Assembly (NCBI RefSeq): GCF_009914755.1
Contig: NC_060944.1
Length of the DNA stretch: 64,000 bases
Reading direction: 5' to 3' (one strand)
Source: the human T2T-CHM13v2.0 reference genome, Homo sapiens
Of this stretch, positions 15,137 through 27,270 are shown one piece after another (positions within the stretch are counted from its first letter, which is position 1; each line of letters begins with the position of its first letter). Made by a program: the position numbers and the translations under genes. The notes beneath the pieces are model-generated. The model saw only the letters and a program-made list of their open reading frames with translations. It was not told the DNA's origin and made no database searches.

Positions 15137-17220
15137 GTGATCTCAGGAAAGTTGTTTGACTTCTGGAAGCCTAAGATTCCTCATCTTCAAAAATGAAACT
15201 GATAATATCACCTCCACCATGGGAGTGTTGTGAGACTGATCTAAAACAACTCACATGAGATCCTTACTAAGTGATAGCTATTAGGATATTGTAGATATAG
15301 AAGTCATTTGGAAGCAAACAGGGTTCTTATGAAGTGCTGTAGAATAGGTTGTCTTCACAGCAGAATAAGGTCAGATGGAGGTCTCAAAATCAATGCCTCT
15401 AATTGACTTAAACAGAACAGTTTTTTGTGTGTGTTTGGAGCCCAGCTTAGCTCTCTGAATCACACACAACTGAGTGATGGTAGAAACCTTCAAACCAAAG
15501 ACAGGAGAATATTATTCTCTGGTCTTTCACTCCCTACAATTGCACAACTGGTTCAAGCCCAGTTTATTTGTGCAAGATGATATTGACCATACATATATGC
15601 CCTGCTCTGTCTCTCTCTTTCTCTGTGTGAGTGTGTGTGTGTGTGTGTGCGCGTGCATCTGAATTTCTTTCTTCTACATACGAAAAATATAGACAAAAAA
15701 AGATAATGCTCCCATGACTGGAAAAAGATGAGATCATTTGTAAGTGGCTTGTTAAAGTGCACATCATTTTCCTGATCAGCGGTAGCGAGGCTGCATCTTT
15801 AGGAGCTGATGTGATTTATCATGTTATTATATATTTAGAGACATTTTGAAAATGCTGCTATTTACTCAACCGACTGTGTATATGGACGATTTAAAGCAGA
15901 TTTTTGACCCAGTAGACTGTACCAGCTCTATCTATCGTCTCAATGAGCATGTGGGGACTCTTAAATATGCAGATTATTGACACAATAGACTACGAGCACT
16001 GCAACCGTACTCGAGACGGGTACAGTCAAGTCATTGGGGGATGATATGTTTCCAGAAAGCATTTTTAAGGCAAATCCACATATATAGACTTGCTCTATGA
16101 AAAAATATACATCTGGATAGAGGGGACTCTGGCTTTGGAAGGGAATATTTGCTATCTAGAAATAGGGTATTCTTACTAACATGCCTTTGTGTTCTGCCCT
16201 TTTGTCTATGAACATCTAAATAATAATACCTACCCTCTACTTAATCCCAAGCAATGTACCAATGGTTTGAGCTTAGTTTACTCAAACATGCCAAGAAACC
16301 ATTCCGTTTGGGTTAGTATAAATGCATTCTTTGATTCAAAGTATGTATTGAGCACCATCTATCAAACAGTGGGGTCTTTGATTGCAAGCGATAAATATTA
16401 TCTTTGGCAAACAAGTAAAAACAAGGAATTTGTTGGGAGGAACATAGTGTAGTTCACCAAAAGGGGAGGAACTAGTATGTCTGTGAGGACCAAGGGGGCA
16501 GAATCAAAAGACAATCTCTCTATCATAGAATTGTGAAATGGATCTACTCCAGCCCATTTCCACCTTTGAGTCATAGGTTCAGAATTCACATTCCATGGAG
16601 CAAGAGTTTGGTTGGCCAAGCTGGTGTTCTGTGCCATAGTAAAGCAAAAACAAAACAAAACACCAAAATGGGAAAGAAGAGAGAAAGTTGTCATATGTTC
16701 ATTTCACCTCCCTGCTCCTTAAACAAATGATCAGATATTTAAACACACAGACATAAACACACACAATGCACACACAGGATGTCTATATTGTTTTTGCTGG
16801 AAAACAGTCCAGATGCACTGGGGTACCATGAAATTAAACTCCCAGAGGGCCAGAATCTCTGTTCTGTTGTCTCCTTTCCAATGTGTCTGTAAGGGAGCAG
16901 TTTTATACAGCCTGGACCTTATGATGCTATAAGTCAGTCCCAAGTCAATCTTATATCTAAAAAAAAAAAAAAAAAAAAAAAAAAGAGCTACGCTACCTAC
17001 TTTAACATCAAGGGGGAAGGGAGGGTGATGGGTGATTTCAATTGTTAATTCATCCAAACTGCAAAATTAGAAGTGCAGAGCACTCCCGCCAAGATGGCCA
17101 ACAGTAGGAAATGGATGGTGGTTAGACGTAAACAGGAAAGAGTTCCCTCAAGACCTGGGCTTGCCACTAGGGATAAAGCAATGAACCAGACAGATAAGTC
17201 TCTGTATTTGTTGCATGAAA

Positions 17221-17365
17221 CTGTCCTGTGCATTGTAGGATGTTTAGCAGCATCCTGGGTCTCTACCCACTAGATGCCAGTAGCACCTTGTCTCCCAGTT
17301 GTGACAATCAAATGTCTCCAGACATTAACGAATGTCCCCAGGAGCAAAATCACCCCAGATGAGTC
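17221..17365 (-). mobile_element. MER20 (partial)
   Basis: ctgtcctgtgcattgtaggatgtttagcagcatcc..ctctacccactagatgccagtagcacc. Confidence 0.88.
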
Positions 17366-18830
17366 ATTAAGGGTGTGTTGGACATTACCAAGTGTGTCTC
17401 TAATTTAGTGTCCTCTCAGGAAGCTGGGACCCTCTGGGGGTAAACATCATCTCTGTTGTCCTATTTAAGTAGGATTCTGGAGTTCTGGCTATGTGCAAGA
17501 TCTTATGTAGTCACAGGATACAAAGCAAGCAAGGAGAAAGAAGAACATTTATAGAGTCTTTACTGTATGCTCAAAAACTCCTGGTGCTGGGCATATAAAG
17601 ATAAACACTCATAGCCCCCTTGTTCTTAAAGAGCTTACCACCTGGGAGGGGAGGTCAAGAATCACAGTTTGATTTGTCCAGCAGTAGAGAAGACCTTGGG
17701 GAGGAGATGCCATTTGAAGTGGCCTTGGAATTTGAAATCGCAATGGATAAATAACAATGGATTTGGTGCTTAACTGCGAGCAGCAATCCCAAATTTTACA
17801 GTATCAACCAGATCTTCATGAAAAATTAATGGACAGAATAGCAAAAAATTACCTCATATTTTATCAAACAAAAAATTATAATATTTTGCTATCATAATTG
17901 TTAGGGACTGAAGAATATATACACCAAGGAACGAAACAATGTGTAACATGAAAAATATCAGGGCACAGCAAGGCTAATTTGTACACATTTATAAAAATGT
18001 ATCTAATTTGTAAAGTAACGGCTATACAAAACTATAAAATGTGCGCATACAAATTAGATATATTATGAAGCTCTCAGTTGCAAGGAACTATGTTAAGCAG
18101 TAAAGGGTATTATTTGTTCATGAAATTTCAAAGTACAAAGACAAAATCTTCAGGTAGAGTTTGATCAAGGTTGAAATTTTCTTGGCTCCGTGATGTCATA
18201 TATGTTGGCTTGGTTCTCCAGCCACCATTCCTCATACTAGCAAAGCTCCTAAAAGTTTATGAGATTATATGTTCTTATATGAAAATAGGAAAAACAAATG
18301 GTAAAAACCCTTACTTTCTTAACCATCAAATCAAACTGAGAATGCCAATCACCAATTGGCTTAGATCCAGCCTGAATAACCTAAATAGGATGCTATGGCA
18401 AGGTGATTAGGTTTGATGATTCAGCGCCCACACATAGACCTGGGATGGGACCAACCTCAGCCACACTTATTGGGAAGCAACCATAGTGTCTCCTATGATG
18501 TACCCTAGAACACTAGTGATCTCTTCAGCATTGCTCAAGAATTAGCACATTTCATTTTTAAATGCTTATAAGTAACTACCAATGTCCTCTTTGAATCTCC
18601 ATTTTTAGGTACAACTGCAAATTCCCTTTGTACCTCCTAAGGGTCACTCAAAGGTGTTAGAAGCTGCATATAAGGAGATGCTTTTCCAGGAACTCAGCCC
18701 ATGCCTAATAATCCTCCTCCAGGTCAGAAAGAAAGATCTGGGTTTTGTTTTTGGTAATTTCTCCAAGAAAAGAAAAACTATCATTTACTCCCAGAAGCAA
18801 ATAAAACAATAAACTCGACTGTGCATTAAA

Positions 18831-18844
18831 ATAGATAGATAGAT

Positions 18845-18900
<56 letters not shown>
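18831..18900. repeat. (GATA)n tetranucleotide microsatellite with one GAT interruption
   Basis: About 17 AGAT units; possibly marker D20S480 (from memory, unverified). Confidence 0.95.
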
Positions 18901-20065
18901 TGGTTTTTTAGGGGAGTTTGACTTCTATAAGTGTGGTCTGAGAACTGGCTGAAAACTAACATCAGAATAATTAAAAAGCAAGGGAAAATAACCCCCAAAA
19001 GGAGAATGAAACAGAGACAAAAAGCCAGAAAGAATATCAAGAACAAGACAATGGCTGTCTTAGGAACCATTTATTGGTGTTCACCACTGGAGAATATTAA
19101 ATCACCAGATAGTGCTGTCTTCCCCAACTTTCCTGTCCTGGGACAACAGCCAATTTGGTACTATTAGGAGGATGCTGATAAAGTGACCTAAAGCCTCTTC
19201 CTATTTACCCATTTTCTCTATAGGTAGGGACAAAGAAAAGATGACAGCTCTTGGAAATATCATTCTTAAACTAGCCCTAACCTAAGTCGAAGGGTCAAAA
19301 AACCCTGGAGAGTTTTCCATTAGATTCTCCAAACTGTCCATTCAAAAATATCGAAGACCTATGTATTGAAAACCTATGTATCTCCCAGAATTTTGGTCTT
19401 TTCCAAGTACTGCTTCATGTAACTATGTGTTGTGGGTTTGGCCCAGCTCAGACTCGCTGTTCCATATAATTTGGCTCATTTAAAAGCTAACCTAGTTAAT
19501 TAAGAACTGAAATAGGTCAGGATTTATTTGGTGGAGTTACTGGAGTAGTTTAGAAATGCTAATCCCTTTTATCATTAACTTTTTTATTCGTTTGTTTCTT
19601 GTAATATAAAAATACTCAATCTGATAAGGGGATTTAAATGAATCCAGAATGAATTGATTGAGAATAATGTTAGGAGCCTGATGAACATTTTTTTCAGCCA
19701 AAACTTGAAAAAGTATATACAAAAAATCCTGAGAAATCCAGCTCCATAACATGATTCTTCATGACTAGGTTTTTGTTCTTGTGATGGTAATGAGAGGAGA
19801 CATACTGAGTGCTGATTTTTACCAGGCATTCTGACTTCTTTCCAGTTATCTCACTTAATTTTCAAAATGATCTTTGAGGCAGGTACTATTATTATCTCCA
19901 ATTGATAGATGGAGAGACCGAGCCCCACACAAGTTGTTAGTTTGCTCAAGATGATAATGCAGGACATGGCAGAGATGAGATTTGAACCCAGGTGGGCTTG
20001 CTGTAGACCTTGTTCTCTTCCATCCTGTAACACCTATGAGGGTGGTACACACACTTTCTCCTCTA

Positions 20066-20130
20066 TTAGGCTGATGCAAAAGTAATTGCTGTTTTTGCCA
20101 TTAAAAGTAATTACTTTTACTTTTGAACCA
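20066..20130. mobile_element. MADE1 (Hsmar1-derived MITE), right arm partly deleted
   Basis: ta|ttaggctgatgcaaaagtaattgctgtttttgccattaaaagtaat..tacttttgaacca. Confidence 0.85.
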
Positions 20131-20253
20131 CTCTCTTTTAATAATAGAGTGTTCTTCTCTGTGCAGACCCTTGCTTCATTGACAACTAGAAAGAGCATGA
20201 ATGTCACACTTACTTGTCGTCAATTCCCAAAGCTTTAGCTGACTTTGACTTTG

Positions 20254-20456
20254 CAGCATTTCTAAGCTATTGACATATTGAGGCTGTATAATTCTTTGAG
20301 TAAGGACCGTCCTGTGCATTGTAGGATGTTTAGCTGCATCCCTGGCCTCTACCTGCCAGATACCAGCAACACCGCTTCTCTAGGTATAGCAACCAAAAAT
20401 GTCCTCAAACGTTGTCCCATGTCCCCTGGGGAACAAAAACCACCCCCAGAACTACT
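20254..20456 (-). mobile_element. MER20
   Basis: gtcctgtgcattgtaggatgtttagctgcatccctggcctctacc...caaccaaaaatgtc..atgtcccctgggg. Confidence 0.85.
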
Positions 20457-23400
20457 AAGAGTATTATGGTGACCCAGCTGACTCCTGGAGTCCCATTTTC
20501 TTCTCTAGAAGAAACCAGCTGCCAAAAATAATGATCTAATTAACTCATTCACCCTGAAGTGCAAAGGTGAGATAAGAGATTAGGTTTTTATATTTTTATA
20601 GGGGATGAGTTCTTGGTCCACCTCATGTCAGATGAACATAAGCCAAGTTGTAGGGTTTAAGGCAAGAAGAAGCAGAGAGTAAGAGGTGTCACAATTGCGG
20701 GCTCCTGAGTTCACATCACACTTGTACCTGATTCATCTACTTCCCATAGGGAGTAACCCACCCTGTGAGTTTAAACCCCCCATGTGCACACTTCAACCAT
20801 CCAAAGCAATATTCTGTTTAAAAGATACCTTGTTGTTGTTCTCTATGGCTTGAAAGCAAATTGGGACCAGTGAGTAAAATCTAAGTTTTGAATAGAATCT
20901 AAGTGTTGGATAGAAAAGCATACTTCACTGATGCAATCATTCATTCACTTATGGGTCCAATCATTCATTTATTTATTCATATATCCAACAAACACTTGAA
21001 CAAGGTGGGCTGGGTATAGCAATGGGATACAGTGGTAAACAAGATAGATTTGACCTGCCCTCTGGGAGCTTACAGTCTTATCTAGAGGACAATCAAGTAC
21101 ATAGTAAGTACAATTGCAAACTGAAATAAGGTATACAAAAGAAAAATGGGGGACTGAGATAGAAAATAACTTTGGTTGTTGGTAATTTCGGAGGAGTAAG
21201 TGGGGGAGGGTACAGTGATCAGAGATGACCCATCCGACGAAAGGCATTGGAGCTGAAACTAAAAGAATTAGACTAAAAGGAAAGACTTAGATATAGGGAA
21301 AGGGGGAATCTTTTATACATAGGGAATGGAATTTCAAGGGCCTTAAAGAAGGAAAGAATTTGATGAATTTAGGGAACAAGGAGAAGAATTTTCGCTTTCA
21401 AGTCCTAAACAAAATGAACAGTGATAGGGTAGTTCTGAGATGGAAACTGGGCAGGTCATTGCACTCTATGAGTCATCACTGCATGCATGTTCAAGTATAT
21501 GCTGAGCAGTACCTGACAGAAGTGTTGATGAAGAGATGAAAGCATATCATAAAAGCTTAAACTGAAAGTTCTCCCCAATCCTTTGATTCGATCAAATTGT
21601 ACCATGATGGAAACACGGCTCAACTCCTAAGTGTGAGGAATGGAAATGGTTCCCATTCAGTGTGGTCCTCATAGCAGGCTAGTAACAATGACTGTGCTGG
21701 TGGAGAGTCCAACATGAAGAAGAGGGTTGGAAAGTCAAGCATCTGAGCCATTTAAGGATACCAAGGCCAGGAAGCCCTTTCCTGAATGAGAAATTGGCCC
21801 AATGACATGAAAATTCTTTCCACTTCGGGCTTCTGTGATTCTTCTAGAGACAGCAAAGACTTTTCACCAGAAAACTAAAGTCCAGCCTGCTTTCTGATAG
21901 TGCCAATGTAGCTTTTCTGAGAGAACAGTGGGTTTCTTGCTTGCTTGCTTGCTTTTTTTTTTTTTCTTTCTTTCTTTCTTCTTAATGGGTAGTGGTCACA
22001 GCCATGAACTTAGCAAAAGAAGCAAGTTAAAATTTGTCCATTCTTGGCTAATGCAGTTAGACATTTTTGAGAAAAGGCAATGAGAAGTGGTCATTATCCA
22101 TTATCTGCATGAAATATTTCAGAGAAAGAAGCAGCATTTGCCAAAAAAAGGAAAAGATGTTTGACTTCAAGCCAGGCAAAAAGGAAACAAGATCACCTTC
22201 TAGCTCTGTGGGATGGCTGTGCTAATGATGTTATTTCAAGTAAAATTGGAATATATATCTGAAAAAATACAGATGGTGCAGCAGCTTCATATACTTTCTG
22301 AAGGTCATTTTGGACAATGATTCACTGTCCCTTTACTTGGGAAAAAAAAAACCTCTCCAGTCTTGGAAGGAACTATATGTGTGTGAGTGTGTTTATATAT
22401 CCTTATGCGGAATAAACGTATAGAAAATAAGCATGCATGACTTGCTGAAAATATTTGTTACCACTTGAAAAGTCAACACCTAAAAATCTTAATTTGATAG
22501 GAGAGTCTCAGTTCTATTGTGTAGTTTCTTTGTTCCTGTTTCGTTTCACTTTGTTTTCTCCTCTGTTCCTGATTTGTGACTCTCTGGGTGTAAGGATAAT
22601 GTAAGGATAATGATTTCTAAACTGGAGCTACCAAAAAGCTTATAAAGTGGTCCCCTTCTCACCCTTCTCCATGAATATTTTCTCACTCTGCTTTTTTAAA
22701 TTGTCACCAAGACACGTCGCAATAATAATATACGCTGGACTGAAATTCCAGGTAGCTGAATATAAAGCATTTTTCTTGGAGACCTTCTGCTTTAAACATT
22801 TGTCACCTCTCTCAGTGCAAAGCCCGAGGCCTCTAACAAAGACCTTTTTTCTCAGATGGTGGGTTGCTTTATTTCTTGAGGATTGCAGACATTACCATTA
22901 TGGCTAATGACCTAATAACTTGCTATTTGATGTTTGTACATCACTTTCTACGGAAGTTCCCGGCACACATACCACTGGCTCCTTGTACAAGTGATTTAAT
23001 ATTAAATAACAAACCCCAAACTGGAGGAAGCTCTTTTCTTATGCATTCTTATGGATGACACATAAACAAAGCTGGTTCTTATCTATTGTGAATACCATCT
23101 AAAAGCTGTTGGCTTGGAATAAGATTTAGGGATAACACAGAATGCCAGACTCAACTGATTTCAGCCATCTGTGGGTTCAGGTTGAAGATCAGATGTACAG
23201 TGGTTGGAAAGTGCCTAGAACCAGCACTGAGAAGTTGGGAGGTAACCCTGCATTCTTGGTGTTTCACATACTTTATCACATGCTATACTCTAAAGCATCT
23301 TAAGAAGCAGATACTATTATTATTCCTATTTTATAGATGAGGAAGCTGTGCCTTTGAAAGTTTTCAGTAATTTTCCCAAGATTGTCTTGTCCTTCCCAAG

Positions 23401-23711
23401 ACATTACACAGTACACCAAGGTCTGCCTGATCCTAAGGCTGAGGGGCCATCTTATCTACCCTGTTAACTGATCAGTTCTTGAATCAGCAATTTATTTCTC
23501 TCTTGGTTGGTGTTTTCCAGTATAAACTGGGAGCAACCATCTAAGCCATAGGCATTTAGTCTCTTGGTCTCTGGAGAGGACAGGGGCTGAAAGTCCTCAA
23601 AGTTGTATGATCTTTTCACAAAGCTGGTTCCCACATACACTGGTGAACATAGGCATAGAGAAGTAGATTGCTAAATATCTCTCTACTAATTAACTGTTTT
23701 GCAATTTACAT

Positions 23712-23865
23712 CCAAACTTCTCAAACTTCCTGGCACATAGGAATCCTCTAGAGACCTTGTTAAATGATTTCTATTCTGTAGGCTTGGGGTGGGGCTGAGA
23801 GCCTGCATTTCTAACAAGCTCCCAGGTGATGCCAACACCATTCATCAACCCTACTTGAATAGTAT
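23712..23865. mobile_element. MER5A/MER5A1-like
   Basis: cttctcaaactt...ggggtggggctgagagcctgcatttctaacaagctcccaggtgatgc. Confidence 0.7.
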
Positions 23866-24149
23866 GGGTTTACAATACACTTCCTCTTTTGTCCTGATAG
23901 GACCCTTTCAGTCAGTCAGGCTTGGGATAGTCACTCCTATTTGAGGTTGACAGATGAAGAAATAGGTCAAAGAGCTGATAGGAGAGAGAACCAGAAAAGC
24001 ACACCAGATTCTCTAACCCCTGGTTCCTGCGGTTCAGAGGTTGCAAATGGTTGGGTCTCAGATGTATTTAGTTTTGTCCACACAGTTGGGCCCAAACAAA
24101 ATACCTGGCAATCCCAAACTCCATGAAAGTCCTTCAGTAGCAGCTGTGC

Positions 24150-24471
24150 TTTTCTTTCTTTCTTTCTTTCTTTTTTTTTTTTTGTTTGAGACAGAGTCTT
24201 GCTATCTTGGACAGGCTGGAATGCAGTGGCGTGATCTCAGCTCTCTGCAACCTCCGCCTCCCATGTTCAAGTGATTCTCCTGCCTCTCAGCCTCCCAAGT
24301 AGCTGAGATTACAGGCATGCACCACCACACCCAGCTAATTTTTTGTATTTTTAGTAGAGATGGGTTTTCACCATGTTGGCCAGGCTGGTCTCAAACTCCT
24401 GACCTCATGTGATCTGCCCACTTCTGCCTCCCAAAGTGCTGGGATTACAGGCGTGAGCCACTGCACCTGGT
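24150..24471 (-). mobile_element. AluS, antisense
   Basis: T-rich tail, full dimer, ctgtgctttt flanks. Confidence 0.93.
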
Positions 24472-26204
24472 GCACTGTGCTTTTGATGTGCCATAAACTT
24501 TCCTCTTACTCACAGCCCTCGGTGTCCTCCAGACAAGTGTCCAGTCTAGCTGAGTATACATGATTACTTACCTTCACAACTGAGAACGGATTTTCCTCCA
24601 CCTGGCCCGCTTCGCCCATTTTCATTACCTGCCTTCCATCAGTAATGTGTGACCTTTTCATGACCTCTCTCTCCAAAACCTCAGCATCCAACTTCTCTCC
24701 ATAACTCACCTCTCTACTTGCCTTGGCCTTGGAAGACCCACTGTGACGAAAGTCCTAGTGAAACTCCACTAAAGTGTCTTGCATGTGGTAACTGCAGAAT
24801 AAATATTTCTTGATTAAATGAATAAACAGATGAACCACAAAGGGATGACAGAATATCCACTTCTCCTGACTTAAACTAGCTTAGCCGTTTTTTTGCTGAT
24901 GACCAAGATGTGGAGAAATTCACAAAATGTGATTAGAAAACGTTTTACAGTCCAAAGAGCTGTAACGATGGCCCAGGAAAGAAGCAACAAGCGTACATTA
25001 AGTGTTTAGACGGACCCCACCTGGTATGCAAGCGCGGTACATGTAAAGCATTCCAATTACCCGAACCATCTTCAGGAAATTGAAAAAAATAGAGAGAGAT
25101 TGTTGTTTTGATGACCACCAGAAACCTCCCCATTTATCTCCGCAGAGTACTCATGGGCTCAGGATGGCCCCCCATCACTGTACCCACGCCATCTCCAGCA
25201 GTGCTTTAAACAAAGAATTCTATTTGTTTGGTTCTGACTTTCAGACAGAGGAGGGAGCAAACTCTTCTCTCTCGATCCGTATATATCAGTAACACTTATG
25301 TTATATGTGGCATGACAGGGATAAAAATCCACGCACCATAAATGTCACATTTCTTTTTGAACATTTTTCTGTTTAAAAATGTGCATGAACGTAGATCACT
25401 TCTCCAGCCAGCAAACACACTGGGCCCTGGCCTGTGGTACCTGGATTCTCTGTAAATGAAGTCTGTGCTCAGGAATGGTGCAAGGATCCCACAGCTCTCT
25501 AGACTTCCTCTCTCCTGAAACAAAAAGCAGAGGGATCCCTCCACATGGCCCTCCAAGAGGCCCTCACTCCAGGCCTGGCTACCCTTGAGAATAGCTCAGC
25601 TTCCTTGAACACTGAATCCTATATCTCTTTACTCAGCCTGCCAACATGCATGCCAATTAGTGCCAATAATAACATACATACTAACAGACTTTTAGACCAC
25701 AGTCACCCAAACACTAGAGACTCATGACAGGGAGCTCTCATTCCGAGTCATCATTTTTTGTACCTACTGGGTACACGCTGAGAAATTCTCACGATCTCCT
25801 CATTTACGTCTGCCTTGAACCCTGTGGCATCTTCCTGTGACTTTAAACAGTCATTTAGTGCGGTAGATTGGCGAAAACGATCCTGTCACCATCGGATATG
25901 TTTTTAAATGAGGTCTTGGTTGAATTCTGGTTTAGTTTTTAAAAATCAGCCTTCTTGAGTTTTAAATTGTTCTTATGTTATGATTCCACTTCTGCTGCCA
26001 TTTTTAAAACTGTCAGTGTTTTTACTGTAAACACTATTGTGGACTTTCAAGGTGACTACAGAAACGTATACCTAGCAAAAGTCTGATATGTAACTCCATA
26101 CCACCCATGAATTATTTTGCACAATTTCATTTAAATCATTCTGACTAGAGGTTTGGAAAAAATTGAGGTGGTATAGTTTTAAAAATAATTGTTTTCCTCC
26201 TTCT

Positions 26205-26503
26205 GTTGTTGTTTTTTTGGGACAGGGTCTTGCTGTGTCACCCAGACTGCAGGGCAGTGGCGTGATCACAGCTCACTGCAGCCTCAACCTTCTGGGCTCA
26301 AGTGATCCTCCCACCACAGCCACCCAAGTAGCTGGGACCATAGGCATGCACCATTATGCCTGGCTATTTTTTTTTTATTTTTTTTGTAGAAACGGTCTAG
26401 CTATGTGGCACAGGCTGGTCTCCAACTCCTGGGCTCAAGTAATCCTCATGCCTCAGTTTCCCACAAGTACTGAGATTACAGGTGTGAGCCACCATGCCCA
26501 GCC
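26205..26503 (-). mobile_element. AluJ-like, antisense
   Basis: acagggtcttgctgtgtcacccag...gagccaccatgcccagcc. Confidence 0.9.
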
Positions 26504-26959
26504 ATTAACTTTTCATATGAAAGAAAATTTCTCTAAGAAGAAAATAAAATATAAGGGTTTATTTCTAATTTTTACCCACATACTATTAGGGTAAAACAAA
26601 TGCAGCATATAAAATATTCTTCTCCAATAATATTTCTCCTTTTTTAAATGAAGAATTCAGGGGAAGGCTACTCTAATATGTATGTCTGCTAATACATATG
26701 TAATGTTGTTTATAGTAGACCAGCTAATGGACTTTATCCATGATAAAATTAGTCCATACTTTCAAAGTTCCCATGTGTGAATCTTTGTTGAATCAAAGTC
26801 TGTTCACATTAAGAGCATAGATTCTGATGCTTTGAGGTCTTGTTGCTTATTTGCAGCCTTTATACTTAGGAGTGTAAATCCACAGCTCAAAGAAGTTGGG
26901 CAGCAAGGAAGTTGGTAGCTGGGTTGTTCTGAAAAGATGATTTATGGGGATGCTCTGGT

Positions 26960-27270
26960 ATTATTTCATTTCATTTCATTTCATTTTAGACAGAGTTGCA
27001 CTCTGTCGCCCAGGCTGGAGTGCAGTGGCAGAATCTCAGCTCATTACAACCTCCATCTCCCACTTCAAGTGGTTCTCCTGCCTCAGCCTCCCGAGTAGCT
27101 GGGATTACAAGCGTGTGCCACCACACCTGGCTGATTTTCTTTTTTTTTTTAGTCGAAACTGGGTTTCACCATGTTGGCCAGGCTGGTCTTGAACTCCTGA
27201 CCTCGGGTGATCTGCCTGCCTCAGCCTCCCAAAATGCTGGAATTACAAGTGTGAGCCTCGGCACACAGCC
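26960..27270 (-). mobile_element. AluS, antisense, (ATTTC)n tail
   Basis: Full dimer; TSD gatgctctggt/gatactctggt. Confidence 0.92.

Noticed and set aside
16958-16984. Orphan poly(A) tracts (also ~28966 and ~31430) as retrocopy tails
   Set aside because: No convincing TSD or recognisable upstream body
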